Shown: positions 11,905 through 26,891, counted from the first letter of the stretch. The stretch is 64,000 bases of DNA from Octopus sinensis (GCF_006345805.1 NC_043003.1:101184001-101248000), one strand, 5' to 3'. Notes: generated by a model from the sequence alone, not told the origin. A program made the numbers and translations.

Positions 11905-13000
11905 TGGTTAATAATTCCATATGGTAATCAGATCAAATCCAACCTCCCTTACCAGTTACATAAAGCTACAGAAAAGGATTTCCCAAGAAATTCAAGATAC
12001 TATTCGATTATTAATTCACACTGAATCAGGATAGGTTTTTCTAACACAAAAAATCCTTTACAAATCATCTCTTCGCATAATAATAAGTAGATAAATACAA
12101 ATCCACTTAGTGAAAATACTAACATTAATTTTGTTAACACTAACCATTCTTTACATAATAATAACAGTGGGGTTACTGTTTCTGAAGTTGACTCCAATCA
12201 CATTTGTTTTCTTAGCAGTAATTCTAAGACTAGAAACTCTATTTATCAGTATAAAATTATTTCCAGTCTGACATCTTTTTTTATATAGGTAGTTATTCAT
12301 CTCAGTTGTCCAAAAGAATATCCAATCATTACTCTACATTTAGGCATATCAATAAATGTAACAATACCGGGCTTAGTAAATCAAACTGGTATCTAAAGGA
12401 TCATAAACAATTTGATTTGAAATGGAATATTCTCTCTGTATCTTTTCCATATAATAAAGGTAAATCTTTTTGTCCACTTTGTAACAATGAAATGTACTTT
12501 ATCCTGTTCTCAGAGAATCCCCTTGTAAACACGTTTATAGAGCATGTTTATTGTTGCAAACATTGGCAGAAACATACCTTTAGTTCCTATAAATGATTTC
12601 TACCATTCTATAAAATTCGCCCTTTGACTGTCTTCTTACATTGCACTTCCACTTAATATATCGACTTACATGCCTTTAAGTTTTATTCTTATTCACCTTT
12701 CACTCTATATCTCTCCACTATTAGTTTTCAGCTAATTTCTTTCTTTCTCCACCTTCTCTTTCTATAAACTACCATGACGTATCTATTAATGTATTTTTAA
12801 AAAAACTTGCTAGCATTCCCTTCATCATATACACAGACATCACATTCTGTTACAATGTCTTATTGATGTGTTTGGTTTCTTTCTTTCCCTGATAAGAAGA
12901 TTGCATTGTTTTACACCATTTTATTCCTTCTGGAATAATACCAATATTTTCTCCAAAACATATGTTGGAAGTAAAAAGATTTAAATAACACCTGCGTTTA
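11905..13000 (+). mobile_element. Decayed Penelope-like element 3' part (GIY-YIG C-terminus and 3' UTR)
   Basis: ORF 12306-12596 (NNTGLSKSNWYLK...LKWNIL...CPLCNNE) parallels the PLE ORFs at 27520 and 39867. Confidence 0.75.
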
Positions 13001-13084
13001 ACTCTATTTATTTATTTACTTACACACACACACGAACACATATATATGCATACATACATATATATAGGCAAAAAAAAAAAATAT

Positions 13085-16000
13085 TATAGGCTTCCCGTTT
13101 TTGGGATAACAAATTCTTGGTGTGAAAAATTTATTTTAACCATTGTAGGCTCTATTGTGACATCCACCCGTAGCACGGGCGAGATTTGAACTGTTGTTGT
13201 CGTGTAAATATAGGTTTTTGGGGATTTCATTGTGCTGGAAAATAACTTCAAATCGTCGTAGACTTTGTTGCTACATTTCACACCCCAACGGGGGTGGGAT
13301 TTGAACCTGGGACTGTGAGCATTTAAAAATTAATTACTTTTGTCCTCTGTGAGAGGAAAATTTCTTTTTTCGAAAGGTCTCCCAGTTTTGTGGGAAACCA
13401 ATTACTTTTCAACCATGTCGGTTGAAATAATACATGAAAAATCTACTCTTGAAGAGAGCAATGTTGATGTTGGCAATTGCGCCAACGCTGTTAAAAAGTT
13501 TTCGGCAGTCGCCGAAGTAGCAACCGAAAATATAGATATCTCTGCAGACATGCTGCAGGGATATTTTAAAAGAATGAAGGAGGAGGGAGGTGATGTTGTG
13601 ATATCGCCCTCCTCCACCGTGCTAGAAACGGAAAAGAGGACCGTGGTGTTTAAAACCTTCTGCCCACAAGACAAAAGGTTAAAGCACTTTGGGAAGGAAA
13701 CCATTGAAAAATGCCTGGCCCCGATATGGAGGGATATAGTGTATATCTCGAGGGGATGGGCATACGGATCCGTTGAAGTTCAATTCTCAGAGGAAAAGGT
13801 GGCTCGCGGGCACTCCATGTGCCCCCTGAAGACCAAGGAAGTGGTACTTTTGCCAACGTACATGGGGCGACGAACATCCCATGTAAGGATTAATGAAATC
13901 CCACCCACAGTAGACCCGAAAGAAGTGGTGGCCGGCCTGTTGTTTAATAGGACGGACCGGATAAACATATTACAGACCACAAGTTCCGCCCCACAGATGT
14001 GGTTAGGGCGGAACATAACGGTTTTAATACAAGGCAAACAGGAGGACATTCAGGCCCTACCAGAGAGAGTACTTGTTGGGGAGAATGTGGCCCTTAGGGT
14101 ACATGTGGAAGGCCGTAAGCCCACCTGTTACCATTACGGAAAAAAGGGCCACATTCGAGCTGACTGTGAAGAAAAAAAAAGTTGTTGCACACACCAGGCC
14201 CCTCAAATAACCAAAAAAACCCGCCCCCTCAAACACACCAACCCCCACAAACACAGAAACTCCCACCCCCATTGTTGAGGTGCTAGTCCCCAAACAAAGC
14301 ACAGAAAAACCCAGCCCCGGCATGCACAAGTCCCTACATAAACAAAATGACCCAACCCCCTTGGAAGACACGGCACCAACGGAAAACACTGCACCGAAAG
14401 AAACTGCCACCAACCCCTCAGACCATGTGTACCATGGAGGTTTCAGAGGGTGGATTCACACCAGTGGGAAAGAAACATTTCCGTAGACCTTTCCCCACCC
14501 ATATCCCCCACACAAAACAGAAAAAACGCACCACAGACAACAAAAAAGAAACCCTGCCCATCTGTCCCGGAAGAAAACAAAAATACTATGTTAATAGAAT
14601 ACGATACGACAGACACATATACAAATGACGCCATTGTAAAACACAAAAAGACTATGCTGTACACGCAACAACATGAGTGCAATGGTAGAAGAACCCCTAT
14701 ACCGGGAACTAAAGGACAGAAACCAGAAGGCCATATGGAAGATTGTGGATTTACCGAATTACGCGAAGAGAGAGGAGAAGAAGGGGACGGATCCACGTGT
14801 GGTGAGGTCATCCCCAACATCTCCAAAGAAATGTAAGTAGAACCTTTACTTTTTGTAATGGCGTCTCTTAACCTTGGTTGTTTGAATGTGCGTGGTCTGA
14901 GTTCGAAGTGGAAGCAGGCGTGTTTCCTCGACGATCTCAGATCACATGTTTGCATGTGATGGTTGCTACAGAGACCAAGCTGGACAGTCTACAAACCTTC
15001 TCGCCTCTCCTGAATGGCTACGAGAAAATCATGTCTCCCGGTCAGACCGGAGGACGAGGGGGCGTAGTGGTACTGATCCGTAAAAGCTTGGCTCTGCAGA
15101 TAAGTACAGTCTATGTGGACCCTGAAGGTGGGCTGGTCGTCCTTGATGTGACATACAGCAGTAAGGCCTTCAGGTTGATCGGACTCTATGCACCTTGTGC
15201 TAGAGGCTTCCAAACTGATTTTTATCAGCGCCTAGAGAACTTTCTCGTGACGTTGAAGACTTTTGTAGTATTAGGAGACTTTAATGCTATCGTTGACATA
15301 CACATCGATAGTGTTGGCTCGATCAATAGGAAAGTGAACTCACGTCTCGTGGACCTGCTTAAGCTGGCAGATTGTTACAGACTTGACCATCCCAACGTCC
15401 CAGAGTGGACCTGGACGAGTGGCGACGGAAGGTTCAAGTCTTATCTAGACAGGATAGTGATAAGAACTAGAGATAAGTCTAGTTTTAGTTGTCCACAGCT
15501 TGTCCAGGTACCCTATACGGACCATAGAATGGTCAAGTGTAGACTGGACATAGATAGCACACTAAAGATAGGAAACGGCTACTGGAAGCTGAACAAGTCT
15601 ATTTTGACTTGTGAGGCATACTGCAGTCGGATTAAGGAGTTAGTGCAGAGGGCGTTAACCAGAGCCATGGTTAATAACCGGTGGTGGTTCGCCCTGAAAA
15701 GAGCCATTCGATTCGAGTCCATTAGGTTTAGTAAGCAACTAAGACTAGATAGGGCTAGAATAGAAGGGCAATTAGCAAAGAAGTTAGAGGAGGCGTTGAG
15801 GTTGGGCTATGCATCTCACATTTTGGCGGCAAGAACGGCATTAGACCGTCACCTCAAAACCAAACATGAGGGGTGTAGAGTCTGGGCTAAAGTACGAACA
15901 TTGGGCCACGAGGGATCGAGTGTTCAGTTCGTCAGGGGTGTCCCCTGTCCCCTCTTCTATATGTGTTGGCTCTTGAGCCTTTGCTACGGAAATTGGAGGC

Positions 16001-17592
16001 AATAGGGGGTGCACCGCATGATCTATGGTGTGGAAGAGGAGCTACGGCGTACGCAGATGACATCTCCATCACCGTGGCAGATGAGGACCAGCTTCCAGTG
16101 GTGGAAGGGGCCATCAAAAGCTACGAGGCGGTGGCAGGAGCAAAGGTGAACAAGGACAAGTCGGTCGGTTTGCAACTCGGCACCTGGAGGGGCAAGCCGA
16201 TGCCGTCCAATAACGTCGTGGGGCGTTGGACGGAAGGTCCTGTTAAGCTGCTCGGAGTCTGGTTCGGGCCAGATCTCCAGATAGAGAAAAATTGGAATGA
16301 GGTGGCCGGCAAGGTGACCGCTCTAAACCAGACCTGGTCTGGACGGGCGTTATCCCTGCTAGGGAGGGCGGAGGTGGTGCAGATGTTCATAGCATCAGTA
16401 GTCACCTACCGCCTGACCGTGGTGCCTTGCCCCGATTTGTGGATGAACAAGTTGGAGAGAATCCTTTTCCACTTTTTGTGGAAAGGAGGGAAGCCACTTG
16501 TAAAGCGCTCTGTCTGCTGCCAGAAACCGCTAAAGGGTGGGCTAGGGATGCCTTGGCTGAAGATGCGAAAGGTCGCGTGAAGGTTGAGGCACCTCTGGCT
16601 TTACTTGGATGGCGAACAGGTGTGGTCACCGCATGTTCGGTTCTACCATCCGCGATTAACGTCCTTAACGGACATTGGTAATTGGATCAAGCAGAGACCT
16701 AGGCTTGGGGACTGGCAATTGGAATGCCATCAGGCACTTCAGCTACTCTCTCGGGCGGGCAATGCCGGCAACAGGAGTTCCACCGCGGATTTCTATAGCG
16801 GGTTAGTGGAGGTTAAGTCCGAAGACGCCTTGGGGGAGACCCTGGGCTACGATGAAAATCAGTTGACCAACCTGTTCCGGAGAACGTTCGGGCCGGGGTA
16901 CCTGGATAATTACTAGAAATCCCTGGCCTGGCAGTGTTTCTGTGCGGCGTTACCTGTTCGCGACAAGCTGTCAAGGCACAGAAGTGCCGTCTCGCCGACA
17001 TGTCCGCGATGTGAGCAGGATAGGGAAACCATCTTGCACGCATTCGTGGAGTGTCCGGAGTTATCGGCACTGATTGCTTTCGCCAAACAACTGTTGTCAG
17101 TGAATGGCAGAGTACAGCTATCAGCGGAGTCTATCATTGAGATTGTGCCACCTACCTTCCTCAGCAGGGAAAGGAAGGCTTGTTTTTCCTGCGTAGTAGG
17201 AAGACGCGTACGAAAGGTATAGTGACAGATACCTTTGTATCCGGCCAGGGGTTGGTCAAATTTTTCAATTACCACCTCAGTAGCAAGATCAGGCTGGAGA
17301 AGAGGTGTCTGTCACGAGATATGTTTGCGAAAAGATGAAAGTCTGTAGCGTGCAAGCTGGGTATATCTGGCACCAGGTAAGCATGGCCGGATCAAGAAGT
17401 AAAGGTTCTACCCGGATGGCATGGATCCGTGCCCTACTGTATAATACCAAATTTTAAAAACTTTATATTGTAAATATTATATATATTTTATTGTAATCAC
17501 CAATATTTTAAGCTACTACACCCTATATGTTTGTCTGTATTTGTATGTTCCCTCTATGTAACGCCTTAATGGCGAATCTTTCATGAAATAAA
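13085..17592 (+). mobile_element. Tx1/L1-clade LINE with an internal ORF2 deletion
   Basis: ORF2 starts MASLNLGCLNVRGL near 14858; APE motifs ATETKL, LGDFNA, SYLDRI and TDHR; a jump near 15915 to VRQGCPLSPL; AYADD; CPRCEQDRETILHAFVEC zinc finger; AATAAA near 17587. The 5' boundary is uncertain. Confidence 0.9.
13340..14836 (+). pseudogene. Tx1/L1 ORF1 (gag-like), frameshifted
   Basis: ORF 13340-14278 has a degenerate zinc knuckle CYHYGKKGHIRADC, followed by low-complexity P/T/K-rich pieces up to 14836. Confidence 0.8.
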
Positions 17593-18177
17593 GTAGCTTG
17601 CTTATGAACCACATGGTCCCGGGTTCAGTCCCACTGCGTGTCACCTTGGGCAAGTGTCTTCTACTATAGCCTCAGATCGAACAAAGCTTTGTGAGTGGAT
17701 TTGGTAGATGGAAACTGAAAGAAGCCCATCGTATATATGTATATATATATATATATGTGTGTGTATGTATATATATCATCATCATCATTTAGCGTCCGCT
17801 TTCCATGCTAGCATGGGTTGGACGGTTCAGCTGGGGTCTGTGAAGCCAGAAGGCTGCATCAGGCCCAGTCTGATCTGGCAGTGTTTCTACGGCTGGATGC
17901 CCTTCCTAACGCCATATAAATACACACACATATATATATATATACATATATATGTATGTGTGTATATGTTTGTGTGTCTGTGTTTGTTCCCCCACCATCG
18001 CTTGACAACCGATGCTGGTATCTTTACGTCCCCGTAACTTAGTGGTTTGGCAAAAGGGAGCGGTAGAATAAGTACTAGGCTTACAAAGAATATGTCTTGG
18101 GGTCGATTTGCTCGACTAAAAAAGGCGATGCTCCAGCATGGCCACAGTCAAATGACTGAAACAAGTAAAAGAGTAAA
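17591..18177 (+). mobile_element. tRNA-derived octopus SINE, 5'-clipped and interrupted
   Basis: B box GGGTTCAGTCCC; central TA/TG tract; tail GCTCCAGCATGGCCACAGTCAAATGACTGAAACAAGTAAAAGAG; same family as 53430-53772. Confidence 0.85.
17775..17914 (-). mobile_element. RTE 3'-tail fragment with (GAT)n nested in the SINE
   Basis: Reverse complement of the AACCCATGCTAGCATGGAAAGCGGACG...GATGATGAT tail that ends RTE copies 2 and 3. Confidence 0.85.
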
Positions 18178-18285
18178 TACATATACATACATATATATAT
18201 ATACATACATAATATACATACATATATATACACACACACATACACATAGATATATACATATATATTACACATACATATACATAGA

Positions 18286-19040
18286 TAATTATGCTACACA
18301 AATCCCAAAAGAATATTTTTCTCCCTCGAGTTCTAACCACTACCCCCTCTCTCTCTCTTGGCCTAACTCTGTTTGTCTGTCTCTCTCTCTCTCTTTCGAT
18401 TACCACTCGCTTCGCCAAGACTTCCTCCACCACCACCACCACCACCCTATATAAACTAGCACATGCACTCGGATTCACTACTCGCTTTCAATACCTCTGA
18501 AGAATACGAATCCCAGAAGATGCTCAGATAAGAAGTTTTGTCATTTCAACCTCATTCATCTACTCTTCTATTTCTGCACAGATCATAAACTCCTTATTAG
18601 TTCTTTTCATTATTCTGTCTATTTCCGTACCATGTCATCATGTAAATATAGTTTCAATAGTTTCATCTTCCTCGTTGTTGCCTTAAGATAACCTTAGTTC
18701 ACACATTTCCTTAGCCGCAACATATTCATTCATTCATCTATTAAAGTTTATCACACAGTCACTTATTTCTCTAATTTTGTCTTAGATTGGTTCTCAGATT
18801 TTTCAATTCTATTTTACTATTATCAACATTTGCTGTCTTGGTAAATTATGCCACACGAATCCCAAAAGAATATTTTTCTCCTTCGTGTTCTGACCACTAC
18901 CTCCTCTCTCTCTCTCTCGATCGATTACCACTCGCTTCGCCAAGACTTCCACCACCACCCTATATAAACTAGTGCACACACTCGGATTCCCCAACTCGAT
19001 TTTTTTTTATATATACCTCCACCAAAAGAATATGTATCCA
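18286..19040 (+). repeat. Two diverged copies of a roughly 200-bp segment (about 18286-18500 and 18842-19040)
   Basis: Shared TAA(A)TTATGC..CAC.AATCCCAAAAGAATATTTTTCTCC...TCGATTACCACTCGCTTCGCCAAGACTTCC...CCCTATATAAACTAG...CACTCGGATTC. Confidence 0.85.
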
Positions 19041-19071
19041 GAAGAAGCTCTCGTCTAAATTTGCTAGTTCA

Positions 19072-22052
19072 TGGTACACCCGCCCACCCACTCCTCCACC
19101 TGTACCTGAAGTTCCTATCCTGTCATCCTTTGGTTGTCTCCCATGAGAAGTTCTAAAGGCTTTACGCCATCCCCACCCCTACTTAGGGTTTATCTTCTAT
19201 GTAAGGTAGTGATCATATAGTGCAAAAATATGATAGAGTAGTATATGTAGGTTGAACTGAAGGCTATTGTTTGTTTATGAATTCTGCCAAATGTGAGCTT
19301 TCTTTTCAGGTACATGATGCTGCTGTCCCCCGTCCCAGAGTCTCAAGGGCCCATACCTCCCACACCCTCGGTGTTAGCACTCTCAACGTTGGCACACTAG
19401 ATGGTAGGTCTGGTGAGATCGTTGAGATGCTTGAACAGAGATATGTCAATATATGCTGCCTTCAAGAAATAAGGTGGAGAGGAGGTTCCTCACAGGCAAA
19501 AAACACAGGTACAAGATTTTCTGAGCAGGGAACACTGATGAGGTCGGGGACATGGGTATACTTCTTGCGGAGAAATGGGTGAATAAGATAATCGAGGTTG
19601 TCAGAGTATGCGACAGAATACTTAAGATTAGATTAGTGCTTCATCACGGGTTAGCAACCATTATCTCGGCCTATGCCCCACAGCCAGGGCTACCCGATGG
19701 ACAGAAAGACCAATTCTATGACACCCTATTGCAGACTACCACATTGACGAATGACAGGGACCTTCTCTTTGTGGCTGGTGACTTCAATGGACATAGCGTA
19801 CATGGAGGCTATGGTTTTGGTTCCCACAATGAGGAGGGAACCAGGCTGCTGGAGTTCTGCGATGCAAATGATCTTATGGTTTGCAATGCTAACTTCAGGA
19901 AACCTGCCAGTCACCTAGTCACCTACCGTTCTGGCAGACACACTAGCCAAATTGAATACATTTTCGCCAGAAAAAGGGAAAGATGGCTGCTTATAAATGT
20001 CAAAACCTTCCCAGGTGAAGAATGTATCCCACAACATAAGACTGGTAGTTAGAGACTTCAGGATCAGGACTGAGTGGATGCCCAGAAGATGACCAGCATG
20101 GAAGGGTCTGGAAGCTTAAAGATCCTACGAATGGACAGAGATTTAGAGACATATTACTCAAAGCCTTTGACGAAAAAGAAGGGGATATAGCTTTACACGA
20201 TGTAGAAGAAAACTGGAAGTTTCTACAGGACAACCTGCTGAGGGCCACTGACCAGATCTGTGAATGGTGCAAAGTACCCTCTCGTCTCAAAATAACATGG
20301 TGGTGGAACAATGATGTTGACAGGGCTATTAGAGAACAGGCTTGGAAGGACCGGAAGAATGGTGGTAACAGGGAATTGTATCAGACTGACAGAAGGGAAA
20401 CTAGGAGACAGGTTTATTTAGCTAGAGGGGAAGCAGATAAGAAAAAATTTGCCAATGTTCTGTGCCGTGAGGACCAAAGACTTGAGGTATTTCGTATTGC
20501 AAGACAGTGTGTGAGAGAGAATCGTGATATTGTGGGGTAGAAATATATCCGCATGGATGATGGTTTACTTGCACTAAACGAAGCTGCAAAGAGAAAGGTT
20601 TGGAGATGCCACTATGAAAGGTTGCTCAATAAAGAAAATGAATGGGAGAAAGAGAGTCTGCCGAATGTCGACCCAACAGAGGGACCAGCTATCCAAGTAC
20701 AGTGAAGAATTCCAGGTAGAGGTAGGGGTCCACCAATCTTCAGTCCTCAGCCCCCTGCCATTTATCATAGTTCTCCAGGCAAAAACAGAGAAATTCAAGA
20801 CAGGATGCCCCTGGGAGCTCCTATATGCTGATGACCTTGCTCTAATTGCTGAGTCACTATCAGAACTAGAGGAAAAGTTTCAGATGTGGAAACAAGGATT
20901 AGAATCGAAGGGCCTTAGAGTCAACCTAGCTAAATCCAAAGTCCTAATATGTAGGAAGGCAGACAAACCACAAATCCCTTCAGATCCCTGCTCGATCTGT
21001 AGAAAAAGCATAGGTAGAAACTCTAGAAGATGTACCCAGTGTAATCTATGGACACATAAGAGGTGCAGCAATATCAAAGAAAGGCTAACTGGGAAGATAG
21101 TTTTTGTATATGGCAGATGCTCAGGAGCAATAAACACTGAAAATGTACAGAGAACAACATCCATAACATTCCAGGGAGAAAAACTACAAGTAGTTGATAG
21201 CTTCCGTAACCTAGGTGACTAAGTCAGTAGCTGGGGAGGGTGCACTGAAAGTGTAGCTGCTAGAATAAGAATAACCTGGGCAAAGTTCAGAGAGCTGGTG
21301 ACAAAGGGCCACACCCTAGCGGTTGAGGGAATCTGTAGAATAGGTAGACCCAGGAAGACCTGGGATGAGGTGGTAAAGCACGACCTTCAAACATTAGGCT
21401 TCACCAAGGCAACGACTAGTGACCGAGACCTTTGGAAATATGCAATGCATGAGAAGACCTGGCAAGCCAAGTGAGACCATAACCCATGGCCTATGCCAGG
21501 GGTGTAACCAGCCCACTTATGCATACCTTTCCTTCAGTGGACACTAAATTCTGCTTGCAAAGACCTGTTGAGGCAAGTGAAATCGAAATCAAATCAAATC
21601 GCAAATTCGATGACTGGCACCCGTGCCAGTGGAGCGCTAAGAGCACCATCTGAGCGTGATCACTGCCAGAGCAGCTGACTAGCTTCCATGCCAGTGGCAC
21701 GTAAAAAGCATCATACAAACGTGATCATTACCAGCGTTGCCCTACTGGCACTTGTGCTGGTGGCATGTAAAAAACATTCACGCAAGGCTATTGCCAGTGC
21801 TGCTGGAATGGCTCCTGTGCAGGTGGCATGTAAAATACCCTACTTGAGTGTGGCCATTGCCAGTACCGCCTGACTGGCCCTCATGCTGGTGGCACGTAAA
21901 AGCACCCACTACACTCTCGGAGTGGTTGGCATAGAAATGCTGCCAGATCAAATTGGAGCCTGGTGCAGCCATCTGGTTCGCCAGTCCTCAGTCAAATCGT
22001 CAAACCCATGCTAGCATGGAAAGCAGATGTTAAACGATGATGATGATGATGA
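19072..22052 (+). mobile_element. RTE LINE copy 2, internally deleted, with 5' UTR and full 3' UTR
   Basis: 5' end GGTACACCCGCCC; APE fragments; deletion of roughly 570 bp near 20697; LYADD; second deletion near 21313; tandem 3' UTR subrepeats; (GAT)n tail. Confidence 0.95.
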
Positions 22053-22786
22053 TATATATATATACATACACAAATATATATATATATACATACATATATA
22101 TATATTTTTATATATATAAAAAATACAAAATGGGACAAGAACACAAAACATCCAGACAGTTAGGTGATACAAAAATGGGACAACAAAACATCCAGATAGA
22201 CAATACAAAGAAAACAAGGACAGGTCATTTCGAGTTTTCTTTCCTCAGTCGAGTTCCAGATTATCTTGGCAATTTCAGCTGGTTATACTCAAGATTGCTC
22301 CAATCTGGCCAGCCCCAAGGAAAAAACTAAGCTAAGAGCATTAGATTCCTTGGAAGAATGCAGTGAATGTATATGAAAACAAGGACAGAAAAAAAAAACA
22401 GAGAATGTTACACAAATACAAATAACAGGACATAACAACAGGTGTCTTTCGACTAAGGATGAATTCAAATAAGCTGATTTAAGATTTCACAGGCAGGAAT
22501 ATAGATGTTGCATGGACGATGGCCGAACCAAGAAAGATCAGGCCTGGCCGACCACCAGTCACATGGGGAGAGAAGAGAGAGAGGTAGAAGCAGAGGGACA
22601 GGAGAAATAAGGAGGGGTGAGAGAAAATGACAGGGACACAGTGAAATGAAAAGAGGAGGGAATGTGAGCAAGAAGAGAAGGCGGGGAAATGTGAGAGAGG
22701 GGGAAACGAAAGAACAAAGAGTGGAATGAACAAAGTAAAGGGCTGATAGAAAGAAGGAAAGAAAATATATATATATATATATATAT

Positions 22787-24054
<1,268 letters not shown>

Positions 24055-24056
24055 TG

Positions 24057-24350
24057 TGAAGGTGCATGGCTTAATGGCTAGGGTGTTGCACTTACAATTG
24101 CGAGATTGTGAGTTCAATTTCCAGACTGGGCATTACATTGTGTTCTTGAGCACTTCATTTCACGTTGCTCTGCGATCATTTCGACAAATGACATGTGGCA
24201 CCTGTTGCCCTTGTAGAGGTAATATTGATCTGATGGAGGGAGTGAGCTTGTGTCTACACAAACATTTGATCACTATAAACAAATCATTCATGTGGTTGTT
24301 TGATAAGAAATTGTCGAACCTTCATATGCTGTCTAACAACGGGAGAGTCT
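24057..24350 (+). mobile_element. Second, diverged tRNA-derived SINE family
   Basis: A box TGGCTTAATGG and B box GAGTTCAATT at tRNA-like spacing, between microsatellites. Confidence 0.7.
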
Positions 24351-24689
24351 ATCATATATATGCACACACACATATATACATACACATATATATACACACA
24401 TATATGTACACACACACACATATATATACACACACATATATATATACACACACACACATATATACACACACACACGTATATACATATATATATGTATATA
24501 CATACATATTTGAATAAAAGAAGGGTAAAAATACTGCTTGCCAAAGATGAAAGCAAAAGCTTCATAAACCAGTAATCCTACGATAAATACACACAAGTAA
24601 TGCAATAAACACTTTAAAGAATAGGCCTACCTTCAGGATGGAATTTGAAGATAGTTTACACACCCCAATATCATAATGCTTTCATATAG

Positions 24690-25340
24690 TTACATACATA
24701 CTAATTTATATATATCCAGAGAAGCTTGGATTTGGTCATTCAACCACTTATCGAGACCTGCATGCCATTGGAGAAATCAGTAAATTGTGTCAATGGGTTC
24801 CTTACAAACTTTCCAAGTGTAATCGTGCACAGAGAGGTAATGTGTGCTCTTCTTTGCTGTCACGTCTCATGAATGAATCTACTTTGGACCGAATAGTGAT
24901 TGATAATGAGAAATGGGTTCTCTATAAAAATGCCAAGTGCCAAACACTGTGGGCAGGGAAAGGAGAAAAACAGTTTTGAACTTTTAAACCCAAACCAAAT
25001 GATAACAAAGGAGATATGTGAGCAGCTTAAATCAGCACGAGAAGAAAAACAACCATCTTTGCTTTCAAGACGAAAGATGTTCTTCTATCAGGATAATGCT
25101 CAGCTACATACAGTGAGGATGACATTCCAAAAGCTGGAGAGTCTGAATGGGAAACGACAGCTCACCTACCATATTCACCAGACATTGCTCCATCTGATTA
25201 TAATTTATTCCAGAGTCTTCAAAATCATTTCGATGGAAAAAATTTGAATTTTGTAGACTGGAGGAGTATTTTTCATGAATTTTGCAAGTCTTATCAGATA
25301 GATGGAAGAGCATTGTAGAAAATGAAGGAGAGTATATTTT
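24690..25340 (+). mobile_element. Decayed mariner transposase fragment
   Basis: QWVPYKLS, RIVIDNEKWVLY, YQDNAQLH and YSPDIAPSDY motifs across frames. Confidence 0.85.
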
Positions 25341-25424
25341 AGATTAAAAACAGAACTTTGTTTATCTTAATTTTGAAAAATAAAAGAAGTATAAAATACT
25401 GGGAAAGGAGATATATATATATAT

Positions 25425-25625
25425 ATCATCACCATCCCCATCTTCGCTTAATGCCTGACTTCCATGCATGCATGCATGTGTAAGACGGTTGACAGGAGCT
25501 GGCCATGTAGAAGACTATCCCAGGCTACTTTGTCTCTTTTGAAGGTTTTATGGCTGGATGCTCTTCCTAACACCAACCACTCTCTAGAGTGGACTGAGTG
25601 CCTTTTATGTGGCACAAGCACAAGT
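25425..25625 (-). mobile_element. RTE 3'-tail fragment
   Basis: GGCTGGATGCTCTTCCTAACACCAACCAC, matching the reverse complement of the RTE tail. Confidence 0.7.
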
Positions 25626-26429
25626 CCGTTTTGGCATGATGATGAGAGTTTAGAGTGTGACAGAGGAAAAAGAGAGGCAGAAACAGGTGTCTTGCTGTAC
25701 ACAAGGTACATGGTTACTGGCCAGAGAAAGAGATAAGAGAAAGAGAGAGAGGGGGAGAGAGAGAGGTACAAGAAAGAGGGCAGAAACAAGTGTACTGATG
25801 TAAAGGAGATACTCAGTTACCTAGCCAGAGGGAAAAGCAAGAGGAGACAGAGTGATCAAGAATGATGACAGAAATAGGTGTGTTGCTGTAGAGGAGATAC
25901 ATAGCTACCTAGCCAGAGAAAAGAGCAAGAGAAAGAGGGAGAGAGTGGGAAACAGCAAAAGTGCCAGAGAGAGCAAGAGAGAGATATGCCAGGATATGCT
26001 CACAAGTAACAAGGGATGGTAGAGTAAGGAAGAGGAAGATAGATGGTGGCACTTGCCAAGTCATGCCCTCAAGGAACGGAGGTCATAATATACACAGCCA
26101 ACTATTGCCAAGAAGGTGCAAGTAGGGAGTGGGGATTGCAGTGACTGGTGAAAACCTGGGTATAAAGATGGGGTGAGGGAAAGCAGCAATACAGCAAGCA
26201 GAGAAGTGAGGGCAGGGAAGAGAAGTGAGAGACAACCATAGTGTACGAAGAGGAAATGTGAGGAAGGCAACAATGCAGTTTAGAAAATATGTAGTTTGGT
26301 TCTTTGGGGAAGAATGTGTGAAAAGTTTATTGTTACATGTAGGTGGGACACAATGCTTCTAGCATTAAGTTTTGCTGATATGGGCATGTTTCTCATCTTG
26401 ATCAATTGTCATTTCCTCAGTGAGCCCTA

Positions 26430-26560
26430 ACATCCTGAGATGGGACCTCACAACTTCATCCTGGGTCTCTCTCTTCCACAGATACCATTCGCTTTCAGTG
26501 ACAGGCACTTCTGTACACAGCTGTCTTTACTCATACACATCACATGTCCAAAGCAACAAG
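26430..26560 (-). mobile_element. RTE ORF C-terminal fragment
   Basis: FGHVMCMSKDSCVQKCLSLKANGICGRERPR matches the C-terminus of RTE copy 1 (YGHVARMDEDSCVKKC...CGRGRPR). Confidence 0.75.
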
Positions 26561-26683
26561 TTTGTATGATTGTAAAAATTGTAAGTGATAAAACATGAAA
26601 ATCATACAAGGTTGGAATCTCATTAATATATATACACACATATCCATATATATATATTTATATTTGTACATACATATACATAT

Positions 26684-26715
<32 letters not shown>

Positions 26716-26891
26716 AATGTATATATGTATGTGCGTGTGTGTGTGAATATATATATATAGAATTAAGAGACAGAACCTCCATCAAAGTAATTAAATTAAT
26801 ACTGAAAGATATTATCAATAATAAAATATAAATTTAAATATATTATTAATATTGTACTAAAAATACTATACTACATAATACACATTAAATC

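Noticed and set aside
12885-12955. Possible pLTR hammerhead remnant (CTGATAA-GAAG...CTTCT-GGAA)
   Set aside because: The position is plausible, but several core changes and no stem I or III make it too decayed to call.
22225-22260. Minus-strand CTGAGGA-aagaaaactc-GAAA motif
   Set aside because: No stem I partner and no NUH site in register.
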